64,000 nucleotides of DNA from Candidatus Altimarinota bacterium (lineage in GTDB: Bacteria > Patescibacteriota > Gracilibacteria > BD1-5 > UBA2023): positions 16,733 to 80,732 of the forward strand of contig JAYVUT010000010.1 of the NCBI GenBank assembly GCA_043787675.1, read 5' to 3'. The position numbers and the translations under genes were made by a program. The notes under the pieces were generated by a model. The model was not told where the DNA came from. It did not search any database and worked only from the letters and a program-made list of their open reading frames with translations. Positions within the stretch are counted from its first letter, which is position 1, and each line of letters opens with the position of its first letter. Below are positions 21,601 to 34,397 of the stretch, one piece after another.

Positions 21601-24486
21601 CATTGTTTGATCCCATTTTCCATGTTTTGGTCCTATAGTTGCCTCGAGTGATGTTCCAGGTTGTACCATCTTATTATCGAGAGTAGCCTCTACAGGGTTA
21701 TACCTATCATACATTTTGTGCTCTTGTCCGAGTGCGACGAGGAGACTCGCAGGAGTCACTATAGTTTCGCTAGTCAGGGGATCTATGAGCGTCACCTCAG
21801 CTGTGTATATATAGTCATCTGAGAATGATGAGAACTCGACATCTGTCCTGAATATTCCATATCCATCTGCATCTATTGATCCTGTACCTTCTGTATAGAA
21901 TTCTGGTGTCTGTTCGTAGTAGCATCACCAGAAACAGTCTCACCAGTCACTCATATTATAGTGAATACTCTTATAGATACGGTATGTGAATGGTGTGCTT
22001 TTTATCTGAGCACCATTATAATAATGAGCTTTTACATTTCACTCGATTGTAATATTGGATTTGTATGATTTATCATACCAAGGATTCGATGTGTCAGTAT
22101 TGTCTACCTCTCGTATATTTTGGATGATTCCATTTTTTACTTGTGGACTTGAGAGTTGTACCTCAGCAGTAAATGTGGGGTTTTTGAAAATTTCTACTTG
22201 AAAATTCGCATACCCATTGGTGATATAGATATTTGGATTTTTCACATCTTGTATATATATACTATATGATCCGAGAGATGCATCTTTTGCAAGGGTGAGT
22301 TCTGTAGCGATTGATCAGTAATTATTGCTTTTGATACGTTTTTTTGCTACTTCTTTTCATTCTTGATCTGATATAGTGATATCGAACTGTTCTCACTCCG
22401 GTATAGTGAGGGTTTTTTTATTTTCCCGGATGTAGGCCTTGATATATACCATTTCTCATGGGAGATAGAGTCTACGATCTGTGTGCATATAGACACTATA
22501 GAGAGATCTATTTTCCCAACCGTAGTCAGATTCTTTCATACCAAAATTCCACCCAGTGATACCATCATTCCAAGTACTCACTACATATCCGAAGTGTCCT
22601 CCTCATTTTGATACTGCGATGAATGAGCTATAGCGTCCCTCATAGTCACCCCATTCATTTGTGAGATTATAGGGATTATATTGACTTCCATCCGCCAGAG
22701 TTATTTGATCTTTCTGTAGTACCCCATCTCAGCTCGTTTTACCTATTGTGATACCAGTTCACCATGAGAGGGCGGAGAGGGGAGTATAGGCTATATCATA
22801 AGATTGTTTTCCTTGATTCCATTTCTGTGTATAGAGTTGAGATATATTCTCACGTAGGGTGATGCTTTGTTCACTGCGAGGTTCTCCAGTACGGATATCG
22901 GTTGCGAGCAACTGTATTTTTCCAGTGGTATCGAGTTTCATAGTAATATGAGTATCGACTACTGAGAATACTCTCGGAGATACCCACTTCTCTAGAGAGG
23001 AGATATCTCACTCTCGAGCAAAAGCCATCACATAGAGTCCTGGAGTGAGTCATTTCGGGTAGAATTCATTCACATCAAAATTGGATATCACAGATCCAGG
23101 TGACATAGTGATCGATTTTATTACACAATTTGATACATCATTCCCTCATAATAAACTGTAAACAACAGGTATATGTTCTTTATTTTTTAGTTCATTGAGT
23201 CGTTCTATTCTTGCATATCAATCAGATCATACCTGACAGAGCTTGATGTCATATTCATTCTTAATTCACTGACTTCTATAGAGCCTCGCGTCTATCGCAT
23301 CCCCATATTTGATGATAGTCTTGTTTCCTACGATTTTCATAGAGAGTGATGGGATTGCCTTGGCAGTCATATCGAGCACTGTGCTCGTTGTACGACCATA
23401 AATATCCTCAACTGTATCGAGAGATATATGATATGTTTCTCACTCTATGAAGCTGGCATATACAGTAGCTCTATTTGGTGAGAGCTCGAGATCTGATTCT
23501 CATATGGTGATATTGTTTGATATAGAGAGATGCTTCAGGAATGCTATCTTAGCTGATTGTCTATGTTGCATATATTCACTGCTATAGAGTACCCCAGTAT
23601 CTGTGAATATATCGGTTGTAAAATGAAACTCGATCCTACTCTGCATATCATATTCGGGTGATAGTATATCAGTAATGATACCCGTCGCTGTGAATGTATC
23701 GAGTGGAGCAAATAGGTATGACTGTATATCTCCACCGAGTCCTACTATAATACAACTATCACTCGGATATTCACTGAGTTCGAGTGAATAGGTTCATATT
23801 TTTTTCTGACTGACAGTATGATTTTCTATAGTTCTTGTTTTTACTCGAGTCCATAGTCAACTCCCCCATCCACTGAGTCCACCACAACTATGGTCAGCCC
23901 CCATTTTTTTTATATACCATCTGACATCAGATGTATCGAGACCTGTATATCCATAGGTAGTCAATTCATAACTCATATCTCGTGGGAGTCCTATTTGCCT
24001 GATCTCTATATTGTGCGGGTCATCAGAATATGTAGTTGTCATATCTCGTGGAAATTTCCATCCGATTTTTTTTTGACTATTATATATGCTTGCAGATATT
24101 GTGATGGTATCGCCTTTTATCCAATTCGCTGGCAGTACTTCGATATAGGTTCCATCCACTACAATTTTTCCATCTCATATTGATTCCCCTATACTATTAC
24201 CATCAGCCATAGGAATTCATCCTTCTGTACTGATTCTCCAGGGTTTTCCATTTTTACTGGTAGCAGCTATCAGGGCATCTCTATTGATCGCAGTTTCTTG
24301 GTTCATATTTCAGAATTGTATCCATGGTTTTGCGAGTGCTACTCTGAGAGTATTGTTGTGCTGAGACTCTTGTCCGATAAACGACGTCACGAGAGTATCA
24401 GTTGCTAGGCTATATGCATGATATCCGAGTATGCTCACTGAGAGGGTTGCTAATATGATGAGCAAATATTGTGAGATTTTTGACAT
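18646..24486 (-). CDS. Bacterial alpha-2-macroglobulin family protein (1946 aa) with an intact thioester motif
   Basis: The thioester motif AYPYGCIEQT has CIEQ at 20035-20046 (complement), and MG/A2M-type domains flank it. Eight track fragments share one frame. I checked every in-frame triplet from 18646 to 24486 and found no TAA or TAG, with about 50 TGA. The N-terminus is a signal-anchor, MSKISQYLLIILATLSVSILG. Confidence 0.85.
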
Positions 24487-24549
24487 AAAAAAAAGACAAA
24501 GAATATGTCTTTTAGTATAGATTTTATATCATTCTTTGCAAGAGAAAAA

Positions 24550-25242
24550 CTAGATCTGGTATCTGATTGCTTCTATCATCTGCGATATATTGGGTTCGAG
24601 CGGAGTTTGAGGCATTTTAGCATCTACAATAATGAACATATCACCAGTTTTTCATTCCTGACTCCGGCCTTTTCCAGATACTTTGAACCGAGTTCCAGGT
24701 TTGGTTCCTGCTTTGATCTTGAGTGTCAACATCTTCCCATATACAGTCTTGACTGATAGAGATGTATCATAGAGAAAATCCAAAAATGCAATCTCCACTG
24801 TCTCAGTGACATCGAGATTGATAATTTCTTTTGGTTTTTCTGTTTCTCTTGGCTGCCTGCGAGATTGTGATTTGCTACTAGTACCGAACATATCACCTAT
24901 ATCGAATTCTACACCACCAAACTGTGAAAAAATATCCTCGAATCCACTTGATTGTGTCTGACCTGATTGCCCATAAGACCGTGACCTAGCACCAAATGGA
25001 TTATCACTTCATCCGAATGAACTTGTTTCTGCTGATCCGAATTGGTCATATTTTTTTCGTTTCGTAGTATCTCCGAGAGTCTGATATGCCTCATTGATTT
25101 CTTTGAATTTTGCCTCTGCTTTTTTATCTCCAGCATTCTTGTCTGGATGGTATTGCATAGCCTTTTTTTTATATGCTTTTTTTATCTCAGCTTCGCTAGC
25201 TCATTTGCTCACTCCGAGTGATGTGTAGTAGTCTATAGACAT
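24550..25242 (-). CDS. J-domain co-chaperone, CbpA/DnaJ-like (230 aa, no zinc-finger domain)
   Basis: The J domain is [33 protein letters not shown] (HPD motif). It also has a G/F-like linker and one DnaJ C-terminal beta domain. The frame is open across 3 TGA to TAG 24550-24552. Confidence 0.75.
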
Positions 25243-25282
25243 AGTATAGTATCTGTATAGTGAGAAGACAGTATATTCAAAA

Positions 25283-25309
25283 AATAACACCTGTCAAAGA
25301 GGTGTTATT
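25283..25309 (-). terminator. Hairpin likely terminating the small minus-strand ORF
   Basis: A 9-bp stem AATAACACC / GGTGTTATT is followed on the minus strand by a T run. Confidence 0.4.
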
Positions 25310-25517
25310 TCATAGTATCTATAGTGTTTTTTATTTTTGTAGATAGTTCTCTCGGTATTACTATACTATTTCATTTTATTTTTATCTGTTCGACAAGAAT
25401 TTTCTCATCTATATTGAGTCATCATCTTATGTACCATAATAGATCATCACTTGATATACTCGAATGCCCATCTTTTATATTTTTTAGTCGTAGAATATAT
25501 CGAGATCAATGAATCAT
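25305..25517 (-). CDS. Small hypothetical protein (70 aa)
   Basis: The ORF runs from ATG 25517 to TAA 25305-25307 and is open across 4 TGA. It fills an otherwise 480-nt gap. No homology was recognised. Confidence 0.25.
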
Positions 25518-25721
25518 TCTCTCTGTGAGTACTTCGAGAATTTCTAGTACTTTTTTACTTACTTGAGATGTCTTATATATTCATCCTTGGATATCTGAAT
25601 CAAGCGTTGGCTCATATGATGGTAGCCATGTGGTATCAAGTTGTGTTGGCATATATCAATAATTGAATACAATGAAAAGTATAAAGATATATAAAAATAT
25701 TGCAAGTATAAAATACTAATA

Positions 25722-27620
25722 ATGTCAAAAAAATTAGAGCATCTCGAAAAAATACTCCAAAATCTTCCCAAAACCCCGTGAGTCTATCAAATGAAGGATG
25801 CTAAGGGATGAATTATGTATGTCGGTAAGGCAAAGAACCTCAAGAGTCGAGTGGGGAGTTACTTCGTCAAAACGAATGATCTTTCGATAGCCAAACAACA
25901 GATGGTTGGGAAGATCTCAGATATCGAGATTATCACTTGTCAGACAGAGGTCGAGGCACTGGTACTAGAAACAAATCTCATCAAACATCTCACGCCAAAA
26001 TATAATATCCTCATGAAGGATGACAAAAATCTTGCTTATATAAAGATTACCCATTCTCCAGTTCCAGAAATTATCAAAACAAGACAAAAAATTCGTGATG
26101 GTAGCATATATTTTGGTCCATATGTGAGTGGAGTAGAGCAATCTATTCGAGCATTGCGTCGTATTTTTAAAATTCGCAACTGTCGTATAAAATTCGCCAC
26201 TAGGAATGGAAATATCGAGCTCATAGATAAAGCAGGAAAAACTATACCCTGTATGGACTACTACATATGACTTTGCCCAGCCCCGTGTATGCTCCATACA
26301 TCCAAGATAGATGAACATAGTGAGCATATTGCTCGTGTACGATTATTTCTTTCGGGAGAATCTGGTACGATTTTCTCAGATCTTGAAGATACTATGAAAA
26401 AGAAGGCATCAGAACATGAGTTCGAAAAAGCTCAAGAAATCAAACAAACTATCATGGCACTCAGGTGACTCCATGAAAGGCAAAAAGTTCGAGATATCGT
26501 CGATGGAGATATCGATATTTGTATTCAGTATGAAAAGTATGATAAAACATATATAGGACTTACCCAAGTCAGATGATCTCAGATTGTATGAGTTTTTCGT
26601 CATGAGATATCTTTTGGTATTGATGAAGGGGAAGACATCATGATTGCTTTTTTGATGCGACAATATATCTCTATAGATGCAATAGAATCAGCTGATATAC
26701 CTGACATACTACTCTGTTCTCGAGAATTCTCAGATACTGGATTTATGGAATTTCTCAGATCACAAAAAATCCAACTCGAAATTCCCAAAATCTGACCCAA
26801 AAAAGATCTTCTCGATTTCACTAGAAATCAGGTTAGAGAATATGCCTATAAAAGAGAACTCGCCACTCTCGAAAATAAGAGCCTCACGAGAATACACATG
26901 GTGAATATATCAGAACGATTATGATATAGCGTTCCTGCGAAATGAGAGATTGTATTTGAGTGCTATGATATATCTCATACTGATTGACACTTCACCTATG
27001 CGAGTCGTGTAGTGATAGTCAATGGTAAACCAGATACAAAACGATATAGAAAATATAAAATCAAAACCCTTCAGGACGGGATGATTGATGACTATGCTTC
27101 GCATCGCGAGGTGATGATTCGTCGAACTCTTGAGTGAATTCGTGAGAACAATTTACCACATTTGATTATTATTGATGGTGGAAAAGGGCAACTTTCGAGT
27201 GCACTTTCAGGTATTCGTGAGGGCATTTATACAGCCTCAAAAGATCCAGAACTCATGGAAATCCCTCTCTATAGTGATATTTCACTCTGTTCTATTGCCA
27301 AGCGAGAAGAGGAGATATTTATCTCAGGACTCAAGGATCCGATTATCTTCGAAAAATGAAGTCCAGAACTCATGGTTCTCCAAAAAGCTCGCGATGAATC
27401 ACATAGGTTCTCTATTACGGCGAATAGATCAGCTAGAACCAAAGCTATGAAAAAAAATATTCTCGAAGAACTCCCAGGTATTGGTCCTGTGACACGGAGG
27501 AAATTATTGAAACTCGCATGAAGTATCGATGGAATCAAAAATATATCCCTCGAAGAATTATCAAAAATCTGTAATGTATGACAGGTAGAGACACTACGAG
27601 ATCATGGTATTATTTGATAA
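25722..27620 (+). CDS. uvrC: Excinuclease ABC subunit C
   Basis: The GIY-YIG N-terminus reads [26 protein letters not shown], with two of its Gly encoded by TGA. It also has a UVR domain, an endonuclease V-like domain and the C-terminal (HhH)2 [13 protein letters not shown]. The frame was checked line by line and has 13 TGA. It ends at TAA 27618-27620. Confidence 0.9.
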
Positions 27621-27660
27621 TTTTTTCATAAAAATCTATTTTTCACTATACTTCAAACTA

Positions 27661-28635
27661 ATGTATATCCTCGCCTTTGAAACATCTTGTGATGATACCT
27701 CTGTAGCTGTTATGAGAGATGATCAGTGCATATCTCTCTCTACTCGGACACAACTCGAACATAGTGTTACTGGTGGGGTAGTCCCTGAAGTAGCTGCTCG
27801 TAGTCATGCCAATGCTATATTCCCTTGTATCGATGATGCTCTGTATGGTGCTGGAATTCACCTATCAGATATTGATCTCATTGCTTGTACAGATCGCCCT
27901 GGTCTCGCTCCATCACTTTTGACTGGTCTCGTTGTTGCTGATACAATTGCATTATCTCTACAAAAACCAATACTGCGAATCGATCATATCGAGAGTCACA
28001 TATTTGCAAATCTGCTCGATCGAGTAGAATCAGATATCATTTTTCCAGCTATTGTACTCACTGTTTCTGGATGACATACAGAGCTGTATGCGTGGAATTC
28101 ACTATTTGATCTTGAAATGATAGGACAGACCCATGATGATGCTGCTGGAGAATGTTTTGATAAGGTATCGAAGATGCTCGGTATGTGATTTCCAGGGTGA
28201 AAAAAAATTGCTGATCTTGCAGAGAAATATACTTGAGAATATCGTGGGATTTTTCCTCTTGTTCTTTTGGATAGGGAATCCCTTGATTTTTCATTCTCTG
28301 GAATCAAAAGTGCAGTAAAACGATATATAGATATCCAATGAGTGAGTTCTGAATGACTCACTGAGGCCAAAAAAATGCAGATTGCGTTTGAATTTGAAGA
28401 AGTTGTGACTGATATTCTATCGAAAAAACTCCTGAGAGCAAGAGATCAGAAAAATGCTAAAATGATACTCTTGGCTGGGGGAGTGAGTGCCAATACTAAG
28501 CTCAAAAATAAAATACAAAAACTCTCTGATGATTCCACTATACCATTTCTCGCACCTACTCAGATAATATATTCTATGGATAATGCTGCAATGGTAGGTA
28601 TTCGAGCTTATTATGAGTATATGAGGAATATATAG
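27661..28635 (+). CDS. tsaD: tRNA N6-adenosine threonylcarbamoyltransferase TsaD
   Basis: Motifs include ILAFETSCDDTSVAV, AARSHANAI and VSGGHT (the second G is TGA 28072-28074). Track fragments 27604..28074 and 28375..28635 share its frame. Confidence 0.9.
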
Positions 28636-28726
28636 ATGATTGTCAAAGGGTTTTATTTATCTTGTTTTGCTTTTGATATCGACTCGAGTATGATAAAGCT
28701 CTCTATATTTTTATTATTTTCTTTAT

Positions 28727-29641
28727 ATGTTTGGTAAATCAGAATCTTGTAATACTAATTGCGTCACTCCTATACTTCTCGGTATTCTTATTGTACTCAA
28801 TATTTTTGCTCTATTTCTTCTCACTGGGAATTCATTCTCTCTCCCAGCAAGTATCTCTGTAGATCCTGTATGAGTCAAAAAAGCACTTCTCGAAATCGAA
28901 TACTCAAAAGTTGGAGGTAAAGCAAACTATGATATCATGACTCAGGCTCAAAATCTTTCGGTCAATGATCCACAGAATCCCTCAAATATAGAAGCAATGA
29001 AGAAATATATCTCTACATTTGGAAGTGGAACTAAATCTCCTATTGTACCAACAACGCCAGCAGTGAGTGCTATTCTCAGTCCAGCTGATGTGGCTATCAT
29101 TTTATCTGGAGCCGCTCTTGAGGGAAATAAATTAGCCGATATCGTCGCTATTGAGTATTCTGATATGGAGTGTCCATTTTGCATCAAACAATATAGTGAT
29201 ACTAAGATCCAGGCATCTCTTCTCACACAATATGGAGATAAGGTAGCATTCGCATTCAAAAATAACCGTGGTGTTAATCATCCTGGAACAGAAGCAAAGG
29301 CAATAGCAGCACTCTGTGCTAAAAAAGTCTGAGGAGACAAGCCATATATCGGATTCTATCATGCAGTTATGGATGGTACAAGCCAATGAAATGTTTATCC
29401 AGTAGCAAAACTCGCAGATATCGCTAAAAAACTCTCACTCGATATGGTGAAGTGGCAAGCGTGTGTTGATAGCAAATCAACTCTAGCATGATTTGAGGCT
29501 GAGACAGCGGAAGCTCAAAAATATGGAATGGGAGGTACTCCAGGTACGCTTCTTCTCAATGTAAAAACAGGGAAGTATAGTACCGTCGAATGAGCATATC
29601 CATTTTCTGAGTTCACACAAAAAATTGAATCTATCAAGTAA
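28727..29641 (+). CDS. Membrane-anchored DsbA-like thiol:disulfide oxidoreductase
   Basis: It has an N-terminal TM helix, a CPFC active site, and a GTP cis-Pro region (GMGGTPGTLL). Track ORF 28937..29332 extends in both directions across 6 TGA. Confidence 0.7.
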
Positions 29642-29655
29642 ACTTGATAGATCAT

Positions 29656-29688
29656 AAAAAATACTTCTCAGTGTGAGAAGTATTTTTT
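29656..29688. terminator. Bidirectional rho-independent terminator between convergent genes
   Basis: The stem ATACTTCTCA / TGAGAAGTAT is flanked by an A run and a T run. Confidence 0.7.
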
Positions 29689-29689
29689 A

Positions 29690-30592
29690 TTAGTTTTTAG
29701 CTCGAATATCGCAAATTTCAGATTCTTTATCTATATCAAGATGCAGAGTAACAGTTGATCCAGGAAATGTTGCCATAATCTTGGATTCAATGGATTCAGA
29801 TATAACATGAGCCTCCTTGAGGAGAATTTCTTTATTTCGAAATACGATGTGAGCCTCTATGAAAGTATAATCTCCAGAACTCCGGGTTTTAAGGTAATGG
29901 AAGCTTTCTATTTCCTTTTCTTCATTTATAACTGATTCTATTTTCTTGGTAGATATGGTATCTAGAGCACGATCAAGTAACATCACTATGCCACTCCATA
30001 TAATTGGAATAGCATTGCGAATAATCCAGAGTCCAATTCCAATAGCAAAGACTGCATCACACCACCAGAATCCAAAAAATTTACTCGCGAGAAGTGCTAT
30101 TAATATTCAACTATTCATATAGAGATCTGATGAATAATGGAGGGCATCAGATCTGATAAGAAGAGAATTAGTAATTCGACTGATTCTCAGAAAATTCCAC
30201 ATAATTATAGCAGTTCCCAAAATTGCAACAATCATGACTATAATCTCTGGGAGGGCTATCTCAGGTCATTTATGTTCCAAATAATTTATTAGACCATTGT
30301 ATGATAGGAATACTCCAGAAGAGAATACAACAATTCCTTCAAATATTGCTGCAAATCATTGCACCTTGCCAAGACCATATGTATATGTGTTTGTTCAAGA
30401 ACGCTCCGATAGCTTGAGTGCAATTATATTCACCCCTGAAACAAACATATCCATTAATGAGTCGAGTGCAGAACCAATTATTGCAAGTGATCCAGACATA
30501 TATCCTATTATGGCTTTTATAATAGCAAGTATTATCGATATAATCAATGCAAATTTGATACCAAAACTTGCTGTAGTAGGAATTTTTAACAT
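29690..30592 (-). CDS. Cation diffusion facilitator (CDF) family metal efflux transporter
   Basis: It has six TM segments with SALDSLMDMF and HYSSD metal-site-like motifs, plus a cytoplasmic C-terminal domain. Track fragments 29690..29986 and 30395..30592 share its frame, and the gap between them was checked (4 TGA). Confidence 0.8.
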
Positions 30593-30613
30593 ATATAATA
30601 TTTTTTATCAAAT

Positions 30614-31990
30614 TTATTTGCGTCGCCATTCATGAGAGAATGTATTAGAGATGATATCTCACTTACGATATTCGAGTCAGAGTATTTGACTATTATATAC
30701 GATGAGTATATACCCATCTGATCCAGATGATTCTATACTTTCTCATCTGAGATATCTATCGAGCCCTTTTTCATCAGGAATGACATATGTGGCAGTATCA
30801 GTCATATTGAGATATCGCCACGCCCTATTGCTTGCCATGAACCTGCCATGATCTACTACACCTACTTGTTCTCCGTATCGCATGAGAAATACGCTATCCT
30901 TGATTCTTACCCCTGTTTCATCATTTCGTACTGCGAGTATTTTCCCCTCGTGCTCATAGAGACTGACTGTCTCTTGTGATTGCCATGGAGCTATATTTCC
31001 TCGAAATAATTTGAGTTCTTTATTATGGTGTGTCTGAGACTTTTGTTCAGATTTTTTCCATCATTTTTCTCCTATTTCATTATTTTCAGTGTGTTCTTTC
31101 ATGTTTCATAGAGATTGGAGTTTTTTGATTTTTGCTACAAAAAATCCTCCCGTTCCATCGATATGTGGCCAGAATTTTTTCTGAAAAATGATCTCGAATG
31201 CATTTCCATATTTTCCTGACATTGTCTCAAGAACTCATTCATTTTCGAGGAGATTCAATGAACAGGTGGAGTATATCATCTCTCCTCCTACCTTGAGTGT
31301 ATGGAGTGCTGCATCCAGGAGCTTTGTTTGAAGTCTGGCAATTTCTTTGATATTTTTTAGATGCCAGTGTTTCACTGCATCTGTACCTTTGAAGAGAGTT
31401 CATTCTCCACTACAGGGGGCATCGAGGAGTACTCGATCAAAAATTTCTGAGTGATGACGATAGAGTTGTCCCGGATAAAGAGTGATGCCTATATTGGCAC
31501 TTCCCATGCGTTCTAGATTCTGTAGGAGCTGTGGGAGTCGCTCGCGAGTTGGTTCATTCGCAATGATAAAACTATTTGGATAGTACTCTGCGAGTTGTGT
31601 TGTTTTGCCTCATGGGCTGGATGCCATATCCAATATGAGAAAATTCTCTGTACTAATTTGTGAGTTCGCAAGTATGTCTACAGGATGAGCCGCTGCGAGC
31701 TCCTGGATATAAAAGTTGCCGACGAGATGGTCGATTGAGAATCCAAGTCGTCTCTCAAGAGGATCAAAGTCGTCTCTCCGATCCATGCAAAAAACTCGAT
31801 TGACCGAAGTTGGTGTGAGTATCCAACCATTTGATTCAAGATTCTTTGTCACTTGTTCTACTTTTTCTGGCTTGATACGGATAGTACGGAGTATCGGTTT
31901 TTGTATAGCTACTAGGAACTCCTGGAGTTCTGTTTCTTTATTTTGGAAACAATTTTCTCGGAAGTAGGAGATGAATCGATCATTGATCAT
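30614..31990 (-). CDS. rRNA cytosine-C5 methyltransferase, RsmF/RsmB (NOL1/NOP2/Sun) family, with a PUA-like C-terminal domain
   Basis: Motifs are DMASSPGGKTTQLA (SAM motif), DAPCSGEGT and IYSTCS (catalytic Cys). The C-terminus GYILIVYNSQILGLEYRKGDIISNTF resembles the RsmF RNA-binding domain. The protein is 458 aa and ends at TAA 30614-30616. Confidence 0.8.
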
Positions 31991-31994
31991 ATTT

Positions 31995-32444
31995 TTAATA
32001 ATTTTTTTTATTTTCTCTATCGAGATCTCGTTCTTTGAGGAGATTTTTTTTCTCCCATTTTTTGCGTCATTTTGCTAGAGCAACCCGTACTTTGAATATA
32101 TTTCATTTTGAATATATGCTCACTGGTACCAGTGTAGCACTTGTCTCTTTTACTTTTTGTCAGATTCTCAGGATCTCTTTTTTGGACATGAGGATGATTC
32201 GCTCTCGCTTGGGATCCACAATTGTGCCAGTACTTCATTTATATTCGGATATATGAGATCCGACGAGTATAGGACGACCTGAGTGGAGAGTTATATAGGC
32301 TCACTTGAGATTCGCACTTCCGTTGCGTATACTCTTTACCTCACTTCCTACGAGTACTATCCCAGCCTCGAACTCTTCGATGACTTCATAGTCGAATAGA
32401 GCTTTCTTATTCTCGATGATGACTTGGTTTGCTATGCTTCACAT
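31995..32444 (-). CDS. smpB: SsrA-binding protein SmpB
   Basis: Motifs are [46 protein letters not shown] and TLVPVSIY. The frame is open across 7 TGA, including codon 2. Confidence 0.9.
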
Positions 32445-32541
32445 ATGCGGGAGTATACTCGAGATTCGCGAAAAGTCTATTTTTTGGTAAAAAAGTATAA
32501 AAAATATTTGTCAATATAAAAATATGTGGTAAAATTCTAGT

Positions 32542-32757
32542 ATGAAATATATATCAATGTACATAATTTTTACCATATCACTCGTATTGAGTTGCATCCA
32601 AGGCACATATGCGAACTCAGATAAGTGAGAAAATCAAGGTATAGCTGAAACACATGCTACACAACATCCACCTCATGACCATCATGAGCCAGATCATATC
32701 AAAAAACTCGATGAGAGCATGAGACGAAAGAGAGAAGATGAGGAAAAGTCTCACTAA
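32542..32757 (+). CDS. Small secreted His-rich peptide (71 aa)
   Basis: It has a signal-like N-terminus MKYISMYIIFTISLVLSCIQGTYA, followed by HATQHPPHDHHEPDH. One TGA is in frame. It ends at TAA 32755-32757. Confidence 0.3.
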
Positions 32758-33152
32758 AGCGTAGGATTTTCTATTATATCCTGAATAGTTTTGCTAAAAT
32801 TACCTGTAAGTCATTCTATATCTTTCTGATTAGTTGGAAATAATCATATCCGAATTTGTTCTGAGATAACTTCTTTAAAATATTTTTGTCTTTTCGTTCT
32901 TGCATATATGAGATGTATTTTTTTTGCAATTATGTTCCAATGTTTTTCCCATTCAGGGGCACAGATCGTGTCTGGCAATTTTCCTATAGCAAAAAAAAGA
33001 TCTTCATAGTTTACTTTTTTTCCAGTGTCAGTGAGTATCCTTAAACAACCTAATATATGTCACTTCAAATAGGCAACTTCTTCTTGATTATATGGTCATT
33101 TTATTCTCTTTCTGACCTCAATATTTGATGCAGATAGCGTATTGCTCTTCAT
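32754..33152 (-). CDS. Hypothetical protein (132 aa)
   Basis: The frame is open from ATG 33152 across 4 TGA to TAG 32754-32756. It overlaps the upstream gene by about 50 nt. No motif was recognised. Confidence 0.35.
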
Positions 33153-33832
33153 TGTTCTATGAAATAAGGTGATGTCGCTATAGTAACATATTGTACCTTT
33201 TTGAGCAAATTCCGGATGATTTTAATTTTTTTCTCTTCTCGAATATGATCAAGTTCTGGAGCGAATATATCGAGATCGAGATTCAATACTGAGTTCTCAC
33301 TTGGTATATAGTCCATATAGGTATCAATCTGATATTCGTTCTCTATGCGTATCATACGGGTAACCAGACCAGATTTGATCGCTGGGAGTATATAGTTCCC
33401 AACATTGCAGGAGAGATTGGTAAAATCCCAAGCATATTCCATATTTTGTATCGCTTGTTCTAAATTGAGTTGATTCTCATTGTCCCAGAGATCAGAGTGT
33501 TCATCTATATGTATTATTTCGCATCCTGGTTGTATTTTTCATGATCTCACAGCATCAATCCAAAAATAGAGAGCATGATTATGATTGTCGAATACGACCA
33601 TATTTGCACTGAGTTGTACAAAATTATCGAGTCCTACACATGATGTTAATTTTTCATTTTCTATTTCTTCAAATACAATATCTGACCCAATTTTTATATC
33701 ATCAAGAGTACCATATATAACAGCAGCAATAGTGAGAGTAGGGGATGATCCATATTTCATAGTTCTCTCATCCCATGCAAAGGCATTATTCCCGAGCTTA
33801 TGAGTGAGAGCTTGCTTATTTTGATAGTGCAT
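33101..33832 (-). CDS. UPF0489-like / arginase-deacetylase-fold candidate metal hydrolase
   Basis: Track fragments 33539..33832 and 33149..33442 share its frame. VVFDNHNHALYFW and IIHIDEHSDLWDN are His/Asp clusters. The protein is 243 aa. Confidence 0.4.
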
Positions 33833-34364
33833 CGATAGATTGGATTACTGTATCGAATACTTCGTCTGGAGTTCGACTACTCGTATCTACAACTATATCA
33901 TAGAGATTCATATCATAGATATGGAGCCCATAGTACTTCATATATCTATCATTCTCGCTCTCTCGTCTTGTATTGATATTTGTTACTGTATGCTCTATAG
34001 TCTCATGTGTTTCAACACCTTGGCGTGTTGCATCAGCGAAAATACGATGAGCCGCTTCGAGTGGAGTCACTGTCAGGAATATTTTGATGCCATGAGGAAT
34101 AAAATAAAACGCGAGACGACCATCGATAATAAAATTATCCTCTATTTTGCCGAGATCTCGTTGTCTGTCATCCAGGATCGCATCGATAATTCACTCATCT
34201 GACTCTGCCTCTCGTCCAAGATCGATAATCGAGATACAACGCTCTAGAGCGAGTCATCGCATAAAATCTCCCGTAGAATAGCGTTTGTATCCATAGTACT
34301 CTGCGAGACGAGCTCCGAGTGTGCTCTTGCCAGCCCCGTGATGTCCTCCTAGTGTGATTATCAT
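33816..34364 (-). CDS. Cytidylate-kinase-like P-loop NMP kinase
   Basis: It has the P-loop ITLGGHHGAGKSTLG and a layout like archaeal-type CMP kinase. It is open across 2 TGA. Track fragment 33816..34070 forms its C-terminus. Confidence 0.6.
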
Positions 34365-34397
34365 TGAGTGATTATAAGAAAAATATATATTTTGCAA

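Noticed and set aside
25559-25771. A 70-aa minus-strand ORF upstream of uvrC.
   Set aside because: It is an AT-rich, low-complexity translation (YFYISLYFSLYSII). It overlaps the uvrC start and the promoter region, so it is most likely non-coding.
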